Of a stretch of DNA of 64,000 nucleotides, positions 35,760 to 45,685 are shown piece after piece (position 1 is the stretch's first letter; each line of letters opens with the position of its first letter). The DNA comes from an uncultured Thermoleophilia bacterium (GTDB lineage: Bacteria > Actinomycetota > Thermoleophilia > UBA2241). The stretch is taken from assembly GCA_963767505.1 (NCBI GenBank), contig CAVYDV010000004.1, positions 1,623 to 65,622 of the forward strand. Reading direction: 5' to 3'. Both the position numbers and the translations under genes were made by a program. Under the pieces are notes generated by a model. It saw only the letters and a list, made by a program, of their open reading frames with translations. It was not told the origin of the DNA and searched no databases.

Positions 35760-35850
35760 TGAAGTTCGTCGGCTCTGCCGCGGCTCTGCAGCCCCTTCAG
35801 CCCCTTCGAATGACCTCGAAGACGCCCTCGTGGGCGCGGCTTCCGACGGT

Positions 35851-36192
35851 CTAGTCCCAGCTCATCGCCATGTCGCCTCTCACGAGCGTCCTGCCACAGC
35901 GCGGACAAGATCCGGGATGGTCCCACCGCTGTGCTGCGTAGCGGCCGTCGATGGCGCACCGTGGCCGCTCGGGCACCGTGCCGCGAAGGACATCGGGATC
36001 CTCTTCGCCATCGGCCTGCAGCCGGTGCACTACCACACCTCCTGGTCTGTCCGAGACGACCGTGTCCGAGAGCTTCTGGCACCGCGGGCAGCTCACCGTG
36101 TGGATGACGCACGTCATGCCGAAGTCAAGGCCGCCGGACACTTGGGCTTCATGGCCGCAGGAAGGGCAAGAGGAGAGGTGGAGAGAGCCCAT
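35851..36192 (-). CDS. Hypothetical multi-CxxC zinc-ribbon protein
   Basis: Four CxxC pairs are present: CPSCG, CPRC, CAIDG.../CPRCG. Confidence 0.45.
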   Translation of the reverse strand: MGSLHLSSCPSCGHEAQVSGGLDFGMTCVIHTVSCPRCQKLSDTVVSDRPGGVVVHRLQADGEEDPDVLRGTVPERPRCAIDGRYAAQRWDHPGSCPRCGRTLVRGDMAMSWD

Positions 36193-36208
36193 CTTCGCCT
36201 CGCGGCTT

Positions 36209-36454
36209 CTATCTGATGTCGACGTGCGCGCCCGAGCAGTAGGGCGGACTTGTTGTCAGTCCGCAGCTGCAGACGACTGTCGTGATTGGCTCAGTGATCT
36301 CGAATTCCAGTGGCTCGACACCGCTACCGATGTGCGACGCGTCGCAGTATGGGACCGTCTTCGTCTTGCCGCACCGGCACCAGTAATAGGTGCCGACACC
36401 GAACTGAACCACGGCGGGGTGGCTCTTGGTCTCGTCGTGCTCGAACCTGGTCAT
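36209..36454 (-). CDS. CDGSH iron-sulfur domain protein (81 aa), paralog B
   Basis: CRCGKTKTVPYCDASH and CSCGLTTSPPYCSGAH motifs are present. About 100 bp of upstream leader is also homologous to that of paralog A. Confidence 0.85.
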   Translation of the reverse strand: MTRFEHDETKSHPAVVQFGVGTYYWCRCGKTKTVPYCDASHIGSGVEPLEFEITEPITTVVCSCGLTTSPPYCSGAHVDIR

Positions 36455-36802
36455 TTGTCTCCTCTTCTCGCCATCGCGACCGCCCGTCTCGCTTCACATT
36501 CCCGGCGCTCGCTCCTTCCTACCCCGGTCGGCTCCAGTGAATGCCCCACTGAGCGGCAGCCCGCGAGGGCTGCAGCCCGTTCCTGCATGGGGGAATCGCC
36601 CACGAGCAGGTGCCAAACGCCGCCGATCAGGCGGCTGAGCCCCGATGAGGGTGGTCAAGGGAGTCACCTGAGAGGCGTCTACAAGATTGTATACGGCAAC
36701 CAGCAGTTGGGCTTGCGGAAACGGCTGCAGAGCCTTCCGCGGATAGGGTCGGCGCGCTAGCATTGAGCGTAGTGGCCTTCCGACCGAGGGAGGGGAAGGT
36801 AC

Positions 36803-37210
36803 ATGCAGTTCGCCCCGCGCTGGCTCGGGTACGTCGCTCTGGCGGTCGTCTTCTATCTCGTCGTGCACTACGCTGTCGAGATCGTCGTCAGTCTCGCGCT
36901 AAGCGAGGCGGCCTACGCGGCAGCGTGGGACGCGGCGCTCTACGGGTTCATGTTCTTTGAGGTCGGCGCAGCCATCGCCATGGCGTGGGGAGTGGTTCGT
37001 TCCGGGCGCAGGTCAGGCGGGGTCTCGCGTGCTCCTGCATCCGTGCTTGCCGGCGATAGCCACAGCACCGATCAGGTCGAGCCCCCCCGACGGATGTGCG
37101 GCGGTTGCGGACATCCGTTTCACGAAGGTGCACAGTACTGCGAGCGCTGCGGTGCACAGGTCGGGCCGACCGCCGGAGCATCCGGCTCTGGAGCCGCTAG
37201 AGTGGCGTAG
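36803..37210 (+). CDS. Membrane protein with C-terminal zinc-ribbon domain
   Basis: Two TM helices are followed by CGGCGHPF...YCERCG. Confidence 0.6.
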   Translation: MQFAPRWLGYVALAVVFYLVVHYAVEIVVSLALSEAAYAAAWDAALYGFMFFEVGAAIAMAWGVVRSGRRSGGVSRAPASVLAGDSHSTDQVEPPRRMCGGCGHPFHEGAQYCERCGAQVGPTAGASGSGAARVA

Positions 37211-37419
37211 CCGTCTACCCGAGAAGAACGTCATCTGCCCGAGAAGCTCGTATCTGCGCGGCCGAAAGGCGCGACAGCTGGGCTATTATGACCTGGCACC
37301 GCGCACTACGGCAGGGCCCTGTAGGTCGGCGAGAACGCCAGGTGGCACGTCTGGCCCCTACTCGGAATCGCTGATCCTGGCGCGGCGAAGCTCAAAGCCA
37401 TGAGCCAGCGCGAGGAGGT

Positions 37420-38157
37420 GTGGCGGTGGTACTCGGGGCGATTCCCGGGGAGCGAGGACTAGGCACGGTTCGCCTGCTTCTCGCCGTGGCGGCGGCGCTC
37501 GTGGCCGCGGCCGCCATCGCGGCACTCGTCCTCGCCTTTCTGAACGAAGATGCCGCCGAGCAGTCACCGCATTCGACGCAGACGCCCGTGGTCGGGGCCG
37601 CCGACATCCCCGAGCAGCCTGGCTTGGCGACGCCGAGCGCCGTCCACCCGCTTGAGGCGTATTTCGACGACGTGGGAGGGGCGGTCGAGCTTCACACGGA
37701 GTGGGTCACCTGGGAGTGGGAGGGCGGTGGGACTCACCGCGGCGCGCTCTTCGGACCGCGCGCGGCGGTCGTCTACCAGTCGGGGAAATCACGTGTGTGG
37801 CCGGACTCGCCCAGCTACATCAGGCGGCTGGCGAGACGCTTCGCGAAGGAGAGCAGAGTCCTGGCGTCAATAGAAGCGCCGAGGGTGCTGCGCGGCGACC
37901 ACGACAAGCTGGTCCGGGCGGTCCGCACCGAGGCGCGCCGCTGGAGGCGCTTCGACGCAGTCGTCCGCAAGTCCGGAAGGGCTGAGTGGGCTGCCTTCAA
38001 GAAGTGGGAGCGGTGGAGCAACCCCGCGTTTCGCGTCCAGAGTCGCTATCTCAGAGGCTGGGCTTCCGAGGTGCGACGGCAATCGCGCAAGCGAGATATC
38101 GCACTGCCCTTGACACTGGCGCCCTTCGTCGTGCGTGTAGAGAGGCTCGTGCGGTAG
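37420..38157 (+). CDS. Membrane-anchored hypothetical protein
   Basis: An N-terminal TM helix (LLLAVAAALVAAAAIAALVLAF) is followed by a basic C-domain. Confidence 0.45.
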   Translation: MAVVLGAIPGERGLGTVRLLLAVAAALVAAAAIAALVLAFLNEDAAEQSPHSTQTPVVGAADIPEQPGLATPSAVHPLEAYFDDVGGAVELHTEWVTWEWEGGGTHRGALFGPRAAVVYQSGKSRVWPDSPSYIRRLARRFAKESRVLASIEAPRVLRGDHDKLVRAVRTEARRWRRFDAVVRKSGRAEWAAFKKWERWSNPAFRVQSRYLRGWASEVRRQSRKRDIALPLTLAPFVVRVERLVR

Positions 38158-38312
38158 CAGCGTCTGGAGTCTGAGAGCTGCGGCAGGTCCCGTCTGGCGC
38201 TTCGCAGTCGGGGCGCCTCTCTTCGCGGCCGCGGTCCACGATCTGCACGTCACCGGCATCCCGAGGACCGTTGTGAGCGATGCCGCTTGCTCACGCACGG
38301 GCGAGGTCGCGT

Positions 38313-38924
38313 CTACGGGCTGGGCTCCGGCGGTGGGGGATCCGGCGGTGGGGGATCCGGCGGCGGGGGATCCGGTGGCGGGGGATCCGGTGGCGGTGGC
38401 TCGGGCGTCGGCTCCGGCGGTGCCGGTTCCGGCGTCGGCTCGGGCGGCGGAGTGGGCTTGGGAGTGGGCTTGGGAGTGGGCTTGGGCTTCGCGGGAGCCG
38501 GTGGCCGGCGGGGGTCACTACGATCCTCAACATAGCCGCTCGTGGCCGGTGCAAACGTGCGATTCCACTCCGCCACGCTCAGAGCCCCGCTTGGAGTGAA
38601 ACCGCCACCACCGCCGCGGTTGCGGCTTGCGACGCGTCTGTGGCTGCTCTTGCCGGGACCGCTGTAGGCCATCGGGACCAGCTCCGTCGCGGCTCCAGCG
38701 TCCACTTCCTCGGTGACGACTTCCCGGACCCAAATGGCCTCCGGAAGGCTGCTGAGGCTCCCGGAGGCCCCGCCGCTCACGGCCGTGGCAAAGCCTCCGA
38801 TTCCGAAGACCACAATCGTCAACGCAACGACGAGTGCTATCCATCTACGCGACCTTGGGTCCTTCAAGCTGTTCAAGCCTTTGCTCTCGTGGTGACTCCA
38901 AGGTGACGGAAGGAAGAGGCCCAT
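38313..38924 (-). CDS. Membrane-anchored protein with Pro-rich repetitive C-terminus
   Basis: A TM helix (WIALVVALTIVVFGIGGF) is followed by (KPTP)n and (PPPPD)n tracts. Confidence 0.55.
   Translation of the reverse strand: MGLFLPSPWSHHESKGLNSLKDPRSRRWIALVVALTIVVFGIGGFATAVSGGASGSLSSLPEAIWVREVVTEEVDAGAATELVPMAYSGPGKSSHRRVASRNRGGGGGFTPSGALSVAEWNRTFAPATSGYVEDRSDPRRPPAPAKPKPTPKPTPKPTPPPEPTPEPAPPEPTPEPPPPDPPPPDPPPPDPPPPDPPPPEPSP
38335..38486. repeat. Short tandem repeats inside the Pro-rich gene
   Basis: There are 4 x 15 bp (GGGGGATCCGGYGGY, 38335-38394) and 3 x 12 bp (AGTGGGCTTGGG, 38451-38486). Confidence 0.8.
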
Positions 38925-39070
38925 CGCATGGCATCAAGGTACTCCTCAACACCGGTGCGAGGCAAGCCTTGGGGTTGTGCCGGGGGCTGAGTGGGAAGAG
39001 TCTGGCCGCGTGCTTGGTATGCTGACGAGGGTGGGAATCCCGGAGGCATCATCACAGGGTGGGATGACCA

Positions 39071-40646
39071 GTGGGTCCTCTTGATCGTGCTCGCAGTGTA
39101 CAGAAGGGTTCGCGCGCGCGCCTGCTCGTCGGTGCCATCGCGATCCTCAGCGCCGTGGCCGTCGTCTCGGTGGTCCTCGCGGGCGAGGTCCTGGAGCGTC
39201 GACTCGACCAGAGGATCGATGCTCTCCTGGCGCAGGAGTCGAAGAACCTGGAGCAACTAGCCTCCCGGCCTGATCCGGAAACAGGGCTTCCGTTCGGTGT
39301 ACGGACGCAGCGCATCTTCGACGTCTACCTCGAGTACAGCCCCCCATCGAGGAATGAGGCGTTCGTCACATTCGTGGACGGCGCTCCCACCGCGTTCAGC
39401 CCAGGCGACCCCCCGTACCGCCTGGACAAGGACTCGGCCCTGGTGGCTCGGTGGGGCACCGTCCAAGCGACCGATCGCGGCGGCGCCCAGACGCCGGAAG
39501 GCTGGATAGAGTATGTCGCCGTGCCGTTCAAGGAGGGCGCCGAGGTAAGGGGAGTGTTCGTCGCCGCGGTCTTTCGGGACGTGGCAGCCAAGCAGGTCGG
39601 TGAGTCACTCTGGGCTGCAATCGGCGTCGCAGCCGGGATGCTCTTCGCGGGCTCGGCGCTGGTCTGGTATCTCGTGCGCAGAATCCCTCCGTCGGTCGCA
39701 TCGAGTCCTGGTACAGACCGCTCGGTATCCGACCAAGAAGAGGCTCGACGCCCTTGCCGCGACGTTCGCTGATGCGCTGCGGCGTCTTGAGTCGGTGTCG
39801 CAGGAGCAAGGGGCGCCAGACACCGTTGCGGATGAGGATGAGGCTAGCCGAGCTCGCACCGCCGCCGTCGAGGGACTTGATACCGCCGCGCGGACTGCCG
39901 AGGCCCTCTCGATCCTGGCACAGGCGGAACAGCGCGGCTTCCTTGTGCCCCAGAGGTTCGCGGTGGAGGACCTTGTCGACGACGTGATCGCGCAGGCATC
40001 GGCGCTCGCAGATAGGCGCTGGCATCTGGATGCCCGCGGAGGCGGCTCGATCGTCGCCGACCGGCGTCGCCTCTCGCAGGCGCTCGTGCATCTCGTCCTC
40101 AACGCCGTACAGCATACGAGTGAGGATGACGAGATCGGGGTCGGCTCCGTCATCGAAGGGGGTGAGGTTCGCTTCTGGGTTCGAGACACCGGCGCCGGCA
40201 TCCCGATGAGGGAGCAGAAGCGCGTCTTCGAAGAGTTCTATCGTGGCGGTGGGGCGCAGGCGTCGACTGGCGCTGGCCTCGGGCTGACGGTCGCCGGCGC
40301 CGTGGCAAGGGCGCACGACGGCCGCGTCGACCTCATCGGCGGGCCGGGTCACGGCACCACCGTCAGCATCGTGTTGCCCAGAGATGTTCGCCCCGGCGAT
40401 TCGTGGCTGACCGAGCTTCTCGTCACCTCCCCGCAGACCCCAGCTCCACGATTCGCTCTGCCGAGCGGCGATGTGCGCTACCGAGCGGCAGGAAGCGAGG
40501 CTACCGCAAGGGCGCCAGCGCGCCGGTCCAGCGCGCCAGCTCATCGAGCATCGTCGCGGCTGCCGCCTCGATGGTCTCGTCCGACCGAAGGCGCTGCCGC
40601 TCGTCGAGAAGCCGGCGGACGAAGGGGATGCTCACCGCCTCCATGA
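39071..40646 (+). pseudogene. Sensor histidine kinase, frameshifted and apparently lacking the phospho-acceptor His
   Basis: The sensor and TM part is in ORF 39071-39772. The HATPase_c motifs (LVLNAVQHT, VRDTGAGI, GAGLGLTV) are in ORF 39600-40646. The H-box position reads EASRARTAAV instead of ASHELRTPL. Confidence 0.6.
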
Positions 40647-41067
40647 GGGGCGCCATCTTCAGCGAGAGGACCACCGGCTTCAGCATCTGCGTGGCCCGTG
40701 TTCCGCCGGCCGGGCCGCCGTAGCTCACGAACCCGACGGGCTTGAAGGCCCACTCCGCGTGGAGGTAGTCGAGTGCGTTCTTGAGGGGCGCGTTGAAGCC
40801 ATGATTGTACTCGGGCATGACGAAGACGAAGGCGTCGGCGCGCTCGATCGTGGCGCTCCAAGCCCTCGTGTGCTGGTGGGTGTACTGGTGCAGCCGCGGG
40901 TGGTTCGGTTCGTCCATGAGCGGCAAGTCGACAGCGGCCAGATCGACGATCTCGACCGCGAACGCTCCGTGGGCCGAGGCGCGTTCGCGGATCCACTCGC
41001 TGACCGGCAGGCCGATGCGTCCCGGCCGGGTGCTGGCGATCACTATCTCAAGGAGGGGTGTCGTCAT
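40501..41067 (-). CDS. NADPH-dependent FMN reductase family protein
   Basis: LLEIVIASTRPGRIG...FVFVMPEYNHGFNAPLKNALDYL matches the family pattern. Confidence 0.85.
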   Translation of the reverse strand: MTTPLLEIVIASTRPGRIGLPVSEWIRERASAHGAFAVEIVDLAAVDLPLMDEPNHPRLHQYTHQHTRAWSATIERADAFVFVMPEYNHGFNAPLKNALDYLHAEWAFKPVGFVSYGGPAGGTRATQMLKPVVLSLKMAPLMEAVSIPFVRRLLDERQRLRSDETIEAAAATMLDELARWTGALAPLR

Positions 41068-41161
41068 GGGCTGGCCTTGATGCTAGCACGCATCGCTGGG
41101 TCGGCCGCGAAGCGAGCGGCCCACCTGCCGGTGCGGAGGTCTTCAAGGGGATTGAGATGGT

Positions 41162-41635
41162 GTGGCGATGATCGTGCAGGTGATAGGCTCGTCCGCCGCG
41201 ACCGGCGCCGTCGCGCCGAAAGGGGGTTCAAGGAGGTGGACCGTCGAGCAGCCGCCGCACGACGCTGGTCAGCAGGGAGATCAGGCATACTGCCAGGGCA
41301 ACAGCGGACCACGCCGCACGTGGCTGGCCGCTGAGCGGACCTATCTGGCCTGGCTACGCGCTGGGCTGGGAGCGGTCGGTGTTGCTCTTGCGGTCGGCCG
41401 CCTGATTCCCGCGCTGATAGGTGGTTCGAGCGTCGCGTACGCGACCCTGGGCACCGGCTACGGCGTGCTGGGGGCTTTCATGGTCGCCTACGCGATGTGG
41501 CGACTCCGGCGCGTGACCACCGCCCTCGAGGCAAACGGCCCAGTTGTCCCGGACTGGTGGGCGGTCAGTCTGGTCACTGCCGTCAGCCTGGCGCTGGCGG
41601 TGGGGACGATCGCAATCGTTCTGGTCGCAGCCTGA
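41162..41635 (+). CDS. DUF202 (YidH-like) membrane protein
   Basis: The LAAERTYLAWLRAGL motif is followed by three TM helices. The start is uncertain. Confidence 0.65.
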   Translation: MAMIVQVIGSSAATGAVAPKGGSRRWTVEQPPHDAGQQGDQAYCQGNSGPRRTWLAAERTYLAWLRAGLGAVGVALAVGRLIPALIGGSSVAYATLGTGYGVLGAFMVAYAMWRLRRVTTALEANGPVVPDWWAVSLVTAVSLALAVGTIAIVLVAA

Positions 41636-41705
41636 GTTCTGGACGAGCAGTGTCACGTCTTGAGCCAAGCAATCACCCTCTCGTGGACACCGACCTTGAG
41701 GCACG

Positions 41706-42359
41706 ATGAGTTTCTGGGGTGACCGTGGAGCGAGGCGGAGGCCTTCTGCACCCCCCAACGTGGGCGCCCTGTTGGTGCTCTTCGGGGCAGATGAGCTGCA
41801 GCCTCTGCTCGCAGAGGATGTCGCATTATATGAGGGCGTGGACGTCTTCACCATCTCCTACGAGCCCAGGACCATCGCCGACATCACCGCCCGTATCGCC
41901 TTGCAGAAGCCGGCGATCGTGCATCTTCTGGCCACCTTCAGCAGCGAGGGGTCGCTCACCGATGACACCGGCGCCGAGCTGGAGCTGCGCGAGCTGATGC
42001 AGGTGGCGGAGGAGAACGGCGTGGGGCTGTTCGTCATCGGCAGCGAGAACCGCTCGGAGACTCTCCTCGAGCACGCCCATGGCGGCGAGATCATGTGCCT
42101 CCTGGCCATCACAGAACGCAATCGTCACTACCAGAGCTTCATGCGCTCTATCCTCATCGGTCTGGACCGGGCTCCCACTCTGATGCGAGGGATTCTCACC
42201 AGCCTGGCCCACGCGTCGCGGTTCGCCCTGGCCTACGAGGCGCTCGCCAGGCAGGGCCCGGATTGGGTGCAGGAAGGAAGGCCTCTCCCTGGGTCCATCG
42301 CCCTCTGCCCGAACAGGAAGGGCGGGAGCATCCTCATGAGGTCCTTGCCACAAGCGTGA
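41706..42359 (+). CDS. Hypothetical protein
   Basis: This is a long ORF with balanced composition. No domain was recognised. Confidence 0.4.
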   Translation: MSFWGDRGARRRPSAPPNVGALLVLFGADELQPLLAEDVALYEGVDVFTISYEPRTIADITARIALQKPAIVHLLATFSSEGSLTDDTGAELELRELMQVAEENGVGLFVIGSENRSETLLEHAHGGEIMCLLAITERNRHYQSFMRSILIGLDRAPTLMRGILTSLAHASRFALAYEALARQGPDWVQEGRPLPGSIALCPNRKGGSILMRSLPQA

Positions 42360-42644
42360 TCGGCGGTCCAGCACGTGCCTCGAGCTGATTGGCGCGTCCG
42401 CCACTCACTGCGACGACCGGCTGTCCTTGAGGCTCAAACCTGGCGCGCGGGCGGGGCTGTGGCGGCCGGGTGATGGTCGGAGCGATGGCTCTCCGGAGTG
42501 ACGGTGTTGCCGAGTCTGACAACGGAGTCGCCAAGATCGTGAACACGACGACTGCTGTCGAGAGCCTGATAGTCTGCGCCGTCCCCGCAGGGCAGAGACC
42601 CAGGTTTGCGGGAGGCGCGACGGATTCCGTCCGGCCTCTGCCCC

Positions 42645-43148
42645 TCAGCCCTTCCGTCGGCCCAGGTCGAGTGTGTAGTACCACTTGCGGTCGCTCGACG
42701 TGCGGATACCGACACCGACGTCGCGGAAGGTCCTCTTGAGGATGTTTTTGCGGTGGGCGCTGCTGCGCATCCAATTGGCCACGATACACGTGGGCGTCGC
42801 AGCGAGGGTGCCCTTCTTGGCGCGGGCGATGTTCTCGCCGACGTCCAGTAGCTGTAGCCGCTGCTCTTGTAGCCCTTCTTGCGCAGTCGCGTGGCGACCG
42901 ACTAGCCGTTGGCGCTGTAGTGCGTGAGCTTCTTGCGCTTCGCCATCTCGGTGGAGTGGGAGCGGGCGGCCGAGGTGAGGCTGCTCTTGAACTTCACCTT
43001 CGCCAGCCCGCGCTTGGTGCGCTCCTTGTTGACGAGGCTGATGACCTGTTTCTCGGTCGAGGTCGGGGTGAGGGCCGGGGCTGTGGCTGGGAGCAAGAGC
43101 AGGACCAGCTACAGCGGCCAGCAGGGAGAGGGTGAGGGCCTTCTTCAC
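42645..43148 (-). pseudogene. Secreted CAP/SCP (YkwD-like) domain protein, two frameshifts plus in-frame TAG
   Basis: The signal peptide MKKALTLSLLAAVAG, the block EKQVISLVNKERTKRGLAKV...AARSHSTEMA (ORF 42902-43096) and the block GENIARAKKG...VANWMRSSAHRKNIL...VGVGI lie in alternating frames. The TAG is at 42902-42904. Confidence 0.65.
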
Positions 43149-43330
43149 GGGCGCCTCCTAAGTGTAGCTCGCTGCGGCGCCGCACGCCGCAGCCTGTCAC
43201 CTATGGGGGGTTGTGGGGTGCCGGTTCTCCGTGGGTGTCGCTGCATCGCCGGAACCGGCCTCGGCGGGCGAAACCTACGGGGCGTCGACGTCGGTCGCAA
43301 CCCCACGACTCCTGAGCGGTCGCAGGAGCG
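43149..43330 (-). promoter_or_regulatory. Structured 5' leader; candidate ydaO-type (c-di-AMP) riboswitch, copy 1
   Basis: It shares blocks with the leader at 50045-50330 (GAGAACCGGC, AACCCCCCAUA, CUGCGGCGUGCGGCGCCGCAGCGAGC hairpin). It contains CCCCGUAGG and CGCCCGCCGAGG elements reminiscent of the ydaO consensus. Confidence 0.4.
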
Positions 43331-43655
43331 AAACGCCTGTTCCGTACGGAGTGACATCGTCGCATCGGCCTGGAACCCGCGATATGCAGGACGCTATCCG
43401 ACCTCCAGCAGACGCCGAGCGCCGTGGGCAGCCCTGGTTGTGAAGTATTGTGAAGAGCTCCCCGTGCGCGTCTCGGGCGCGCAAGCCGTCTGGCCGGGGC
43501 TCAGAAGGGCACATACCGGCCCCATCTGAGCCGGTGTGGCGAGAGTGGGTACAAACAGGCTATGACATGCTTGCTCATAGGGTCCCGCGCCGACAGCTCG
43601 ACTGGCTCAGCCGTCCATCGCGTCCTCCTGCGCCCCCTTCAGCAGAGCCACTACA

Positions 43656-45655
43656 ATGGACGCCCGACCCACTCTCGTGAGGAGCGATTCAGTGCATGAC
43701 TCGGTCGCCGGAGAGGTGACGCGGCCCCGCCTTCGTTTCCATCTTCCCCTCGACCCTGCTCGCCTGTGGCGCGCCCGCCAGCGCATCCGCGACTACCTGC
43801 ATGAGCAAGGCCTTGAACACATCGCCGTCGACGACGTCGTGCTGGCCGTCGAGGAAGCGATGAGCAACGCCGTGCGCCACAGCGGGGCGCGAGAGGATAT
43901 CGTGGTCTGCCTCTTCCTCGATGGCTCCGACCTGATCGCCGAAGTCAAGGACCGCGGTGTCGGCTTCGACGTCGATAGCTTCGATCCGACCAGACGTCCC
44001 GACCCCCTCGTTTCCTCGGGACGCGGCCTCTACCTGGTCGCGCAGTTGACGGACGAGCTCTCCCTCCTCAGCGATGGCGGGCTTGCCGTGCGCGCTGTCA
44101 AGCGGAATGTGCTCGGCGCTGCGCAGACATCGGGGTCCGACCGTTCGGATCTCGCCGTCCCCGGCGCCCAGGCTCATCGAGACGCTCGGCAGCGGGCCCT
44201 GCTCGACGAGATCGAGGATCAGTTCCTCGCCTTCGACTGGGAGTATCGCCTGATCCACGCCAACGCAGCCACCTGTCGATACACCGGCAAGCCGCTCCGA
44301 GGAGTTGCTCGGGCGCAGCCTCCAGGACCTTCTGCCCGCTGCCTCTGGTCCAGTGAGCGAAGCTGCGGAGCAAGCCATGCAGCTGGGCACGCCCGCCGTC
44401 ATCGAATACGAGTCCAAGCCTGTCCCGGACCTCTGGTTCGTGGCGCGCATCTACCCCACGTCCTTTGGGATCAGCGTGCTTCAAGCCGACGTCAGCGAGC
44501 GCAAGAGCAAGGAGCTGGAGCGCGAGGAGTTGCTGCTGGCCCTGAGAGAGAGCGAACGGCAGTTCAGCTCCCTCTTCGAGAGCATGCTCGAGGGTGTCGT
44601 ACTGCACGAGCTCGTCTACGTCGAGGGCCGGGCGGTCGACTATCGCATCCTCGAGAGCAATCCTGCGTTCGAGCGGCAGACCGGACTCTCGCGAGAGCAG
44701 GCGCGCGGGAGCTTGGGGAGCGAGCTCTACGGTGCCGAGGAGGCCCCCTATCTTAGCCGACTTCGCGCGCGTCGCCGAAAGTGGCCAGGCATGCTCCTTT
44801 GAGACGCACTTCCAGCCTCTCAACAGGAGCTTTCAGATCACTGCCGTCTCGCTCGCCCGGGGGCGCTTCGCCACCATCTTCGAGGATGTCACCGAGCGCA
44901 AGCGAGCCGATGAGGAGCTACGGGCCCTCTACGAGGCCAAGCAGCGCATAGCCACGACGCTGCAGGAGAATCTCGTTCACCCACTGCCCACGATAGCCGG
45001 CCTCGAGCTAGCCTTCCTTTCTCTGCCCGCCCACCGCCCGGAGCTGCTCGGCGGCGATTTCCACGACGTCTTCAAGGTGGCCGACGACCGCGTCGTCGTG
45101 CTGATCGGGGACGTCGTGGGCAAGGGCGTGAAGGCGGCCGGTCTGACGGAGACCGTGCACAGCGCCGTGCGCGCCCTCGCCCTCGTGACCGACTCGCCGG
45201 GCAAGATCCTGCACCACATGAATCACCTGCTGCTGGCCGAGGAGTACGAGCAGTTTGTGAGCGCTCTCGTGCTGCTGGTTGACCCCACCACCGGTCGCTG
45301 TCTGCTTGCGAGCGCCGGCCATCCGCCTCCGATCGTCGTCTCCGGCGGCGAGGCTCACCTCGTGGAGCCGCGCTACGGCCCCCCGCTCGGAACGTTCGAG
45401 TCTCTCTTCGCCGCCCGCGAGCTCGACCTCTCGACCGGCGAGACGCTCGTCCTCTACACCGACGGCCTCACCGAGGCGCGTCGCGGCGCGGAGCTCTTTG
45501 GTGAACGGCGGTTGCTCGATGCTGCGTGCGGAGCCCCTGATCGCACGCCCCAGGCGCTGATCGAGCATCTTCGTGAGGCCGTGCTCGCCTACGCCGGCGC
45601 GCTCAGGGACGACCTCGAGATCCTTGCGCTGCGCCGGAGCAAGCCCTCGGACTAG
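43656..45655 (+). pseudogene. RsbW-like kinase / PAS / PAS / PP2C (SpoIIE) phosphatase fusion, two frameshifts
   Basis: The HATPase_c_2 part (EEAMSNAVRHSG...VKDRGVGFD...GRGLYLV) is in ORF 43656. PAS segments span ORFs 43656 and 44305. The third ORF holds a further PAS segment and the SpoIIE part (LLGGDFHDV...VLIGDVVGKGVKAA...LYTDGLTEAR, ORF 44594-45655). Confidence 0.75.
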
Positions 45656-45685
45656 GCGACGCCGCGTCGGCCGGGCTCCTCCACC

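Noticed and set aside
10804-43148. Three in-frame TAG codons inside recognisable genes (11065-11067, 18215-18217, 42902-42904), considered as possible TAG recoding (pyrrolysine or suppression).
   Set aside because: Two of the three genes also carry frameshifts, and the 18215 TAG sits at a Trp (TGG) position. No pyl genes are visible, and many other genes end normally at TAG. Ordinary pseudogenisation or sequencing error is the simpler explanation.
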